Source of the DNA: Candidatus Saccharimonadota bacterium
GTDB lineage: Bacteria; Patescibacteriota; Patescibacteriia; 2-12-FULL-60-25
Assembly: GCA_016699205.1 (NCBI GenBank)
Contig: CP064964.1
Span: 30,001 to 62,000, forward strand
Direction: 5' to 3'
Length of the DNA stretch: 32,000 nt
Below, piece by piece: positions 25,897-32,000 of this stretch (its first letter is position 1; each line of letters opens with the position of its first letter). The notes below the pieces were generated by a model that had not been told where the DNA came from, did no database searches, and saw nothing but the letters and a program-made list of their open reading frames with translations. The translations under genes and the position numbers were made by a program.

Positions 25897-26174
25897 AATT
25901 TTGGAGGTGTCTTGAAGCCCAGGAGACTACGAATCTTTCGTCGCTGGCTCAGATCGAGCACTTTTGCGATCGGTGTTTTCAGCCTATTTTTCCCGGCCAG
26001 ATTTAGAGGCGACATCTCTGGACATCACGAGGCCGTCTCCTGATTCTTAAGAATCGTAGAGCTCTCGAGTATCGATCCTCCGGAAGACGAGGGGACGGGA
26101 AGAAGAGGTTGGGATGAGGGTCTCTGGCGCCTGAACTGAAGAGCGCTCCGTCAGCTTGGACGGGGGCTTCTGAA

Positions 26175-26996
26175 TTATCGCGCAGTACGAGTGGCGGCGA
26201 TGAAGCGGCTGATGTATTCGCCGGCGGTGTTGCCGTCGGAGAAGGGGAGAATGGTGCTCGGTTCTGGTTCCGTGAAGAACGAGAAGGAGAGCCGCTCGCC
26301 AGATCGATACATCACGCGGTGACGCAGGCCGCCGACGCGATTGGGGTCCTTGGGTCCACCAGTCCAGTAGCGCAGCATGCCGCCGGCGATGAGGACGATG
26401 TCTCCGGCAGGATTCACGAGCTCAGCCCAAGAGCCTGCCTGGTCGATCTGAAGCCCGGGCTCTGCGCCGCCAACGAAGACGGTGACGAGCGAGAAATCCC
26501 GATGGGCGGGGAAAAGAATGTCGTCTGGCGGAGCGAGTGCGGCCGGGTAGTGCGTGGCTCGTAGACCATGCGAGCCTTTCAGCATGGCGGTGTAGAGTCC
26601 GCGACCTTGCGGTCCCAAGCCGTTTTCCATCCAGAAGAATACGTCGGCCATGACGAGAGATAGCTCGTGCGTCATGGCCTGCATCTTGCGGACGAGTTTC
26701 TCCGAGTGGAGACAGGTTTTCCGATCGGATTCGCGATCGAGGTGGACGTCCCAGAATTGCCGGCCGTAGTCGGCGCGGTTGCCGGCGACGCCCTCGATGC
26801 CGGTGGGCGTGAAGCCGGAACGCTCTCTGCCGCGATAGGCTCGCGGGTTGATCGCTCCGATATCGTGAAAGACACGGTAGGCCTCGTCGCGAATGGCGGA
26901 GACCTTTTCCGGGTCGATGACGTCGGGAATCCGCAAGAAGCCGGTTCTACGGAATTCCTGCCAAACCATGGGCTGTGCAAGACGTGCCAAGTCCAT
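26175..26996 (-). CDS. 2-oxoglutarate/Fe(II)-dependent oxygenase (isopenicillin-N-synthase-like family)
   Basis: Facial triad and 2OG site: FPAHRDFS (HxD), GGLRHRV (distal His), RLSFSFF (RxS). I prefer the ATG at 26996, which has GGAGG 6 nt upstream. The track start at 27044 would abut the ABC-F stop. A counted line is 65% GC. Confidence 0.8.
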   Translation of the reverse strand: MDLARLAQPMVWQEFRRTGFLRIPDVIDPEKVSAIRDEAYRVFHDIGAINPRAYRGRERSGFTPTGIEGVAGNRADYGRQFWDVHLDRESDRKTCLHSEKLVRKMQAMTHELSLVMADVFFWMENGLGPQGRGLYTAMLKGSHGLRATHYPAALAPPDDILFPAHRDFSLVTVFVGGAEPGLQIDQAGSWAELVNPAGDIVLIAGGMLRYWTGGPKDPNRVGGLRHRVMYRSGERLSFSFFTEPEPSTILPFSDGNTAGEYISRFIAATRTAR

Positions 26997-27046
26997 TAGC
27001 AACCTCCGCAGCAGGCATCTTGAGGGAAATAGCCGGCTTGTCAATC

Positions 27047-28501
27047 TTAGATGAATTTTGCCAAATCCAAGGTTTCGTTGAAGTTGATTTTGGCCAAGAA
27101 ATCCGGAGCGTGGCTGACCATAATCAATGTACCCTGATAATTTTCAACAGCTTCCGCGATGACAGGCAGGTGGCGGAAATTGATGTGGTTGGTTGGCTCA
27201 TCGAGGATGAGGAGGCCTGGCTCTTGCAGGACGAATCGAGCAAAACACAAGAGACCTTTCTGACCTTCGGAAAGAGAACCGACTTTATTTTTAAGCAAAT
27301 CGGAAGTGAGCAAAAACTCGGCGGCAACAGCGCGCAGTTTTTCATTGTCAGGCATTTCCATGACTGACTCGAGCGATTGATAGGCGGTTTGGTCAAAATC
27401 GAGACCGGAAAAATCTTGGCGATAGTAGCCGACCTTTACACCCTCACCAATTTTGATGCCCTCGTCCGTTCCTTCTGCGATCGCGCGAAGCAAGGTGGTC
27501 TTACCGATACCGTTTGGTCCGCTAATCAAGAGGCGGCGCTTTTTGCGTAAAGAAAGATCGACTTCAACACGTTCCGCATGACCTTTGCGGATGATTTGGA
27601 TCGACTTAAAAGTGATAACCGGCTCATTGTATTCTTGAGCGGGGATTTTGAAATCGCGGATGGTGCAGTCATCGCGTTTTACATCGACCATGTTTTCTTC
27701 TGCATCTTCAACCTGATCGCGAAGCTTACTGGCGAGCTTACGCATCTTACCTCCCTTGTTGGCAAAGAAGTTGATCTTGTCTTTACGATCTTGGATCTCT
27801 TTCAACATGCGGGCGTTCTGCATGCGGTCTCGTTCTACGCGAGCGGCAATTTCCTCGACCACGTTAAAATAGTTGCCGACATATTGCTCGACTTTGTGGG
27901 TGTAGACATCGAGGTGGAGCACGCCTTCCGTAAAGGCATTCAAGAAATCGGCATCGTGAGAAATAACCAAAACCGTTTTTGGATACATCATCAAGAAACC
28001 AGTGAGGTGCTCGATACCTTCTTTGTCGAGGTTGTTGGTTGGCTCGTCGAGTAAAAGAATATCCGGTTCCTGGATCAAAGCATAAGCGAGCAAAAGACGG
28101 GCCTGCTGGCCGCCGGAGAAGTCGCGGATTTTTTTATCGAGAGGCGTCTCAAGGTTTACGGTTTCCAAAACGTCCTTGATGAGTTTATCGAGGTTGTAAG
28201 GACGTTCTTCAAAGGCTTGTGCAAAATAGTCTTGCACGGTTTTCTCCATGTGCTCGCGAGCCATGACTTGTAAGCCGATGGCGACTTTGGCGCCCTTCTG
28301 AATATGGACTTCGCCTTCTTGTGGTTTATAAACTCCGGTGAGCAATTTAAAGATCGAGCTCTTACCGGCGCCGTTTTGACCCATCAGGGTGATTTTGGCG
28401 TTTTCGCGGACGGAAAAGTTGACCTCGTCCAAGATTGGATGGTCTTCATCGTAGGCAAAGCTTACGTTTCCGAAGCGGAGGATGACGTTTCCGTGGTCCA
28501 T
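27047..28501 (-). CDS. ABC-F family ATPase (two ABC domains, no TM domain)
   Basis: Walker A GQNGAGKSS and GPNGIGKTT; signatures LSGGQQARL and LSEGQKGLL; Walker B LLLDEPTN and LILDEPTN; a charged interdomain linker. Confidence 0.9.
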   Translation of the reverse strand: MDHGNVILRFGNVSFAYDEDHPILDEVNFSVRENAKITLMGQNGAGKSSIFKLLTGVYKPQEGEVHIQKGAKVAIGLQVMAREHMEKTVQDYFAQAFEERPYNLDKLIKDVLETVNLETPLDKKIRDFSGGQQARLLLAYALIQEPDILLLDEPTNNLDKEGIEHLTGFLMMYPKTVLVISHDADFLNAFTEGVLHLDVYTHKVEQYVGNYFNVVEEIAARVERDRMQNARMLKEIQDRKDKINFFANKGGKMRKLASKLRDQVEDAEENMVDVKRDDCTIRDFKIPAQEYNEPVITFKSIQIIRKGHAERVEVDLSLRKKRRLLISGPNGIGKTTLLRAIAEGTDEGIKIGEGVKVGYYRQDFSGLDFDQTAYQSLESVMEMPDNEKLRAVAAEFLLTSDLLKNKVGSLSEGQKGLLCFARFVLQEPGLLILDEPTNHINFRHLPVIAEAVENYQGTLIMVSHAPDFLAKINFNETLDLAKFI

Positions 28502-28561
28502 AGGCTAAAAAGGGCTCTAATATAACAGATTCCGGTCATTTTGACAAGTATTTGGCTGGTC

Positions 28562-28590
28562 TTGCATGGTTTGCCATCGGTTGGTATTAT
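28562..28590 (+). promoter_or_regulatory. Sigma-70-type promoter for tRNA-Asn
   Basis: TTGCAT, a 17-nt spacer, then TATTAT. The -10 box ends 22 nt upstream of the tRNA. Confidence 0.5.
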
Positions 28591-28612
28591 CACGACCGCT
28601 GAATACACCTAT

Positions 28613-28687
28613 TCCGAGGTAGCTCAGCGGTAGAGCAGTGGACTGTTAATCCATTGGTCGTGGGTTCGAATCCCACCCTCGGAGCCA
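28613..28687 (+). tRNA. tRNA-Asn (anticodon GUU), CCA encoded
   Basis: Manual cloverleaf: acceptor tccgagg/cctcgga, D arm gctc-agcggta-gagc, anticodon arm gtgga-CTGTTAA-tccat, T arm gtggg-ttcgaat-cccac, discriminator G, CCA. Confidence 0.93.
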
Positions 28688-28690
28688 TAC

Positions 28691-28716
28691 AAAATCCCGC
28701 CATATGGCGGGATTTT
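28691..28716 (+). terminator. Intrinsic terminator after tRNA-Asn
   Basis: Stem aaaatcccgcc / ggcgggatttt with loop atat. The T-run is part of the stem end. Confidence 0.7.
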
Positions 28717-28775
28717 GATTTCCATCTCGGGTCTAGTATTGACTTTATTATAAAAAAGAGTATCGTTGGCCAATT

Positions 28776-29144
28776 ATGTACAACGATTTCAAGAAGAAGC
28801 GCTTTGGCGGCAGCGACCGCGGAGGCTATAAGGGCGGTCGCGGTGGCGATCGTGGAGGAGACCGTGGCGGCGATTGGAAGCCGATGTTTCCTGCTACCTG
28901 TGCCACTTGTGGCACGAATTGCGAAGTTCCGTTTAAACCAAATGGACGCAAGCCGGTTTTGTGCAGCAACTGCTTTAAGAAGGAAGGTCCTTCCGACCGA
29001 CCAAGTTTTGGCGGAGACCGTGAGCGCCCGATGCGTTCCGAACGTCCGACCTACTCGGCTCCTGGTGAAGGCAATATCGCTGCTCAGCTCAAGGATATCA
29101 ATGACAAGCTCGACGCGATTATCGATGCTTTGAACGACGAGTAA
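28776..29144 (+). CDS. CxxC-x17-CxxC zinc-ribbon protein with an RGG/GGDR-repeat N-terminus
   Basis: CATC-(17 residues GTNCEVPFKPNGRKPVL)-CSNC was counted directly. The N-terminus has GGYKGGRGGDRGGDRGGD. The C-terminus has an amphipathic helix, AAQLKDINDKLDAIIDALNDE. Confidence 0.8.
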   Translation: MYNDFKKKRFGGSDRGGYKGGRGGDRGGDRGGDWKPMFPATCATCGTNCEVPFKPNGRKPVLCSNCFKKEGPSDRPSFGGDRERPMRSERPTYSAPGEGNIAAQLKDINDKLDAIIDALNDE

Positions 29145-29150
29145 GATTTC

Positions 29151-29178
29151 AAAACTCCCGCCGATCGGCGGGAGTTTT
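29151..29178. terminator. Bidirectional intrinsic terminator
   Basis: 12-bp stem aaaactcccgcc / ggcgggagtttt with loop gatc, between the convergent CxxC gene (+) and the peptidase gene (-). Confidence 0.75.
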
Positions 29179-29181
29179 GTT

Positions 29182-29844
29182 TTATCGCTTTCTCGTAAAA
29201 ATAACCGTTGGTGCTGCATCGGCTTCTCTGGTTTTTGGATTGAAGTCGTGTAGGGCGTTCATGAGGACGGCGTATTTGTATCGATCTTTTGGACGGGCTG
29301 GATCGTTGACGATGAATTCTCCGGTGAGATCGTCATAGCCGGTGATGACGAAGACGTGATAGGAATCGCCGAGATCTTTTTCTTGGTAGAGCTTGTACAT
29401 GTTTACATGCGCGATGACTGGGCGAGAGGCGGCAAGTTCACGCTTGATATCCTCGAGCAGCGGATTGCGTTTTACAGTTCCTGTGAATCCGGATTTTTTA
29501 GCGATGAGCTGGACGGTTTGGGCGGCGTCCGTATCGTGGTTTTTGTTGAAGGCCTCGTCTTCCCAAGCAAACATGTCTAGCATGTTTGCTTTCATCTTAT
29601 CTTTATCGACGATGAGCTCGCCGCGATAGAAGGCGTCGATCATGGAGATCGTGGCTTCTTCGCAAGCTTCGTCCCAAGGAGCGACCCATTGGTCATCGGG
29701 GACTTGTGAGATATAGGGGACAGCTAGTTCAGCGCTTGGCTTGAGGATTTCTGGCGCTTGAGTCAGAAGTCCAAATACAACAAATCCGGAGACGGTTGCA
29801 CCGGCAATGATGAGATTGGTGACCGTGGGGCGGGTGTGTTTCAT
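29182..29844 (-). CDS. Membrane-anchored C39-like cysteine peptidase domain protein
   Basis: N-terminal TM (VTNLIIAGATVSGFVVFGLL), then VPYISQVPDDQWVAPWDEACEEATISM and a later YHVFVITGYDD. This resembles the Peptidase_C39_2 Cys/His arrangement, but the assignment is by eye only. Confidence 0.55.
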   Translation of the reverse strand: MKHTRPTVTNLIIAGATVSGFVVFGLLTQAPEILKPSAELAVPYISQVPDDQWVAPWDEACEEATISMIDAFYRGELIVDKDKMKANMLDMFAWEDEAFNKNHDTDAAQTVQLIAKKSGFTGTVKRNPLLEDIKRELAASRPVIAHVNMYKLYQEKDLGDSYHVFVITGYDDLTGEFIVNDPARPKDRYKYAVLMNALHDFNPKTREADAAPTVIFTRKR

Positions 29845-29871
29845 CCCATTTACTTTATCCTATTATCCCGA

Positions 29872-30642
29872 TTAGCTCGATAGGGGCGGGAGATGTTTTG
29901 CGATGAGGGAGAACCAGTCGGCGTAGCCGTTGTCGCTCGGATGGAATGAGTCGGCGGCGTAATATTTGGATGGATCTTTGGCAAATGGGTCGATGGCTGG
30001 TTCGCGGTAGAGATCGACATACGTCACATTCTTTTCTGCCGCAGTCTCTTGAAAGAGATCACGTACTTGTTTTGTACGGACCGTAAACATCCAGCGAGTT
30101 CCAAGCGGCAAGAGACGTGCGGTGCCGACATTTCCCGTCGAGACGATCACGATATTTTTGGAATGTTTTTTGGCTTCGTCAATAACAAGCGCGATGTCTT
30201 TTGTTAGTTCGTCAAGATTTGTGAATCGGACGGTGTCGTTGCCGCCGATATGGATCATGATGAGATCGTATTGATCCCCGCGCAAATCGTTGCGGATGAG
30301 CAGGTCTTTGGTTTTTGATCCGTTGATACCGCGGTTTTCTATTGACGCGGATGGATAGAATGAGCCGAGAAGTCCGGCGAGAGAGGCTGAGCTCGATGAA
30401 GCGCCGGTGCCGACGGCAGTGCTATCGCCGATAACAAGAATTTTTGGCGAGGAAGCGTTCCGTGAAAATGGAACCGCATTGTCGGCAAGTTTGAGGCCGA
30501 TAGCGATCAAGCGGCGCGTCTCATAGATGTCCCAAGCAATAAAACCGGTTATCGCGATGATTACGGCAAAGAGGATGTACATATTAGTCGACGCTTTGAA
30601 TTTCCACATAAGAGATTTGTCCGTCAGGATTTTTGTATTCAA
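29872..30642 (-). CDS. SGNH/GDSL-family hydrolase with an N-terminal membrane anchor
   Basis: Block I ILVIGDSTAVG, block III HIGGNDT, block V DSFHPSDNGY. The start is uncertain. The ATG at 30582 (MYILFAVII...) lies 1 nt after the greA stop and would remove the 59-nt overlap. Confidence 0.8.
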   Translation of the reverse strand: MNTKILTDKSLMWKFKASTNMYILFAVIIAITGFIAWDIYETRRLIAIGLKLADNAVPFSRNASSPKILVIGDSTAVGTGASSSSASLAGLLGSFYPSASIENRGINGSKTKDLLIRNDLRGDQYDLIMIHIGGNDTVRFTNLDELTKDIALVIDEAKKHSKNIVIVSTGNVGTARLLPLGTRWMFTVRTKQVRDLFQETAAEKNVTYVDLYREPAIDPFAKDPSKYYAADSFHPSDNGYADWFSLIAKHLPPLSS

Positions 30643-31141
30643 CGGTTTCTCCGGCTTGGTGGCCGATCAGAGCCGCTCCAAGCGGGGATTGATGAGAGAT
30701 ATTGCCTCGCAGCGGATTTGCTTCTTGCGGTCCGAGGATCCTGTACTCGCGGATTTTACCATTCATCTTGATCGTGACCGTTGATCCCATACGGATTTTT
30801 CCATTATCCGAACCTGTCGGAATCAGGATGGCTTGCTTGATGCGCTCTTTTAGTCCAAAAATCCTGCCATCGATACGCGAGAGACGGTGTTTGGCATCTT
30901 GGTATTCTGCATTTTCCGAAAAATCTCCCAGCGTGAGTGCGTGGCTCAGATCGACAACGATTCTTGGACGTTCAACTTTCTCAAGCGTATTTAACGTCCG
31001 TTTGAGACGCTCTAAGCTCTCAGGCGTGAGCTCGCGGCTTAGGCTTTCTGCGTCGCGAATGCGGTTGATTTGCGAGCGTCGCTGAGGAATTTGCATGGAC
31101 AGAGTGTACATCGCCGGTTTTGCCCTTGCTACATCTGTCAT
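30584..31141 (-). CDS. greA: Transcription elongation factor GreA with an N-terminal extension
   Basis: GDFSENAEYQDAKHRLSRIDGRI (Gre coiled-coil tip region) and the C-terminal ISHQSPLGAALIGHQAGETVEY. Confidence 0.85.
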   Translation of the reverse strand: MTDVARAKPAMYTLSMQIPQRRSQINRIRDAESLSRELTPESLERLKRTLNTLEKVERPRIVVDLSHALTLGDFSENAEYQDAKHRLSRIDGRIFGLKERIKQAILIPTGSDNGKIRMGSTVTIKMNGKIREYRILGPQEANPLRGNISHQSPLGAALIGHQAGETVEYKNPDGQISYVEIQSVD

Positions 31142-31185
31142 ATGTTGTTAATCTCGTATTTCTAATTCACTAATCGTAAACGTCT

Positions 31186-31314
31186 ATGATGAATTTCGAC
31201 GACACGATGAATCCGCCGGCCGAGCCGATGGAGGAAGAGAAGAAGCCGGAGGAAGGAATGTCCGAGGAAGCCGAGTCCACCGAGGCTCCTTCCGAGGAAG
31301 CTCCGCAAGCCTAG
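31186..31314 (+). CDS. Possible small acidic protein (42 aa)
   Basis: ATGATG start; MMNFDDTMNPPAEPMEEEKKPEEGMSEEAESTEAPSEEAPQA. It ends 6 nt before a strong terminator hairpin. There is no recognisable SD and the sequence is low-complexity, so this is tentative. Confidence 0.3.
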   Translation: MMNFDDTMNPPAEPMEEEKKPEEGMSEEAESTEAPSEEAPQA

Positions 31315-31320
31315 TTGAAA

Positions 31321-31347
31321 AGAGACCAGCCGCTATGGCTGGTCTCT
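31321..31347. terminator. Bidirectional intrinsic terminator
   Basis: 11-bp stem agagaccagcc / ggctggtctct with a 5-nt loop, flanked by aaaag upstream and tttttt downstream. Confidence 0.75.
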
Positions 31348-31350
31348 TTT

Positions 31351-31704
31351 TTACGTCATGAGTTCTCTCGTAGCGTTGTAATCCATCTTTATGATGTTGG
31401 ATTTTGAGGCAGCTATTTCTAGCGAACGTGAGAAATCCGTGGCTGTATCGGGAAAGAGGCGGAGTTTTACCATGGCGACAATGGCTTCATGGGTTGCCGG
31501 AGGGTTGTTTTCTAGGGCTTCATCGATCGCGACAATGGTTTCTGAAAGGGGACGGAACCACTGGAAAGAAGGTTCTTCAACAACAAGGCGGAATAAGGCG
31601 GCCGGACCAACAATAGGACCATGCGTTGATTCGTAGCTTTGTTTTGCCTGATCGATAAGAGTTTTATGGAGTGAGAGGAGTGCGGATCGCAAGAGGTCGG
31701 TCAT
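31351..31704 (-). CDS. Hypothetical protein, 117 aa
   Basis: Balanced composition (MTDLLRSALLSLHKTLIDQAKQSYESTHGPIVGPAALFRLVVEEPSFQWFRPLSE...). It ends at the terminator. The overlapping plus-strand ORFs are Arg/Gly/Ser-rich shadows. No family recognised. Confidence 0.6.
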   Translation of the reverse strand: MTDLLRSALLSLHKTLIDQAKQSYESTHGPIVGPAALFRLVVEEPSFQWFRPLSETIVAIDEALENNPPATHEAIVAMVKLRLFPDTATDFSRSLEIAASKSNIIKMDYNATRELMT

Positions 31705-31737
31705 AATTTCTCAGATAATGCCACAGCCCAGTGATGA

Positions 31738-31765
31738 TTGACAGAGGCCATTATTCCTGTATGAT
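31738..31765 (+). promoter_or_regulatory. Near-consensus sigma-70 promoter for the ORF at 31801
   Basis: TTGACA, a 16-nt spacer, then TATGAT, about 35 nt upstream of an AAGGAGG Shine-Dalgarno. Confidence 0.5.
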
Positions 31766-31800
31766 CTCCGTCACTGCATTTGCAGTGAAAGGAGGCTACG

Positions 31801-32000
31801 TTGAAACAGTTAGCGAGATATTTGGATCCGCTCATCCAAGATGCATTCCACGAGCTGGACAAGCTCGAGGATACGGGAAGCCGAGAATCGGCTCTGACGG
31901 TCATTCTCCGGGTCCTGATCCACGGTGAACCCGAGGTGGTTCGCTCGCACATTCCAACCATCAGCCAGCCGTGGCCGCGCTACCTGCTGTGGAGTGAGCT
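31801..32000 (+). CDS. Hypothetical protein, N-terminal 66 codons; runs off the 3' end of the window (absent from the supplied ORF track)
   Basis: TTG start 5 nt after aaAGGAGG. I translated it by hand to the window end and found no stop: (M)KQLARYLDPLIQDAFHELDKLEDTGSRESALTVILRVLIHGEPEVVRSHIPTISQPWPRYLLWSE. The composition is protein-like, whereas the antisense 86-aa ORF is Ser/Arg-rich. Confidence 0.55.
   Translation, partial: MKQLARYLDPLIQDAFHELDKLEDTGSRESALTVILRVLIHGEPEVVRSHIPTISQPWPRYLLWSE

Noticed and set aside
26042-26080. A cluster of cttaag, gagctc, ctcgag and atcgat that resembles a cloning-vector polylinker.
   Set aside because: No other vector-like sequence (origins, markers, primer sites) is nearby, and short palindromes can cluster by chance or as operator-like sites. 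It is kept only as part of the spacer finding.
28590-29219. 209-aa minus-strand ORF and 159-aa plus-strand ORF (28654-29133) spanning tRNA-Asn and the CxxC gene.
   Set aside because: They run through a canonical tRNA and two terminator hairpins. The 28776-29144 frame carries the exact CxxC-x17-CxxC motif.
31701-31961. 86-aa minus-strand ORF and 65-aa plus-strand ORF (31731-31928) at the 3' end of the window.
   Set aside because: They have Ser/Arg-rich shadow composition. The alternative plus frame from 31801 has a consensus promoter, a strong SD and a protein-like translation.
1-32000. Search for CRISPR arrays, rRNA genes, transposases, integrases, and recoded stop codons (UGA as sense).
   Set aside because: No regularly spaced direct repeats, rRNA-like segments or recombinase motifs were seen. 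Many confidently called genes end in TGA, so the standard code applies.

Overview
32-kb bacterial chromosomal window using the standard code (TGA is used as a stop). The backbone is about 40-53% GC in single 60-nt lines I counted by hand. Housekeeping genes dominate: murG (partial), a GT4 glycosyltransferase, murD, a TagA/WecB-family transferase, gltX, an M23 peptidase, dusB, uvrB, dnaG, rpoD, an HI0933-type flavoprotein, an ABC-F ATPase, greA, tRNA-Lys(UUU) and tRNA-Asn(GUU). A CxxC-x17-CxxC zinc-ribbon protein, a DUF559 gene and a Lys-rich sigma-70 N-terminus suggest an uncultivated small-genome (CPR/Patescibacteria-like) lineage, but this is inference only. Accessory content is inserted between the housekeeping blocks. 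(1) A carotenoid cluster (crtE-crtB-crtI, a UbiA-type lycopene-elongase-like prenyltransferase and a CruF-like membrane hydratase) sits between murG and murD. (2) Several GC-rich cassettes (57-65% in counted lines) are each bounded by hairpins: a 134-aa orphan, a 687-aa orphan vWA/MIDAS protein next to tRNA-Lys, two overlapping HEAT-repeat genes, a small membrane protein, a 2OG-Fe(II) oxygenase, and the genes at the 3' end of the window. (3) An AT-rich cassette (28-30% in counted lines) directly follows uvrB. It encodes a ~411-aa protein with a C-terminal HEPN R-N-x3-H motif and a ~65-aa stand-alone WYL-like protein. I rank this cassette as the best candidate for an undescribed sensor-plus-RNase module, with the orphan vWA gene second. 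No CRISPR array, integrase, transposase or rRNA was seen. All functional calls rest on motifs read by eye from the translations; no searches were run.
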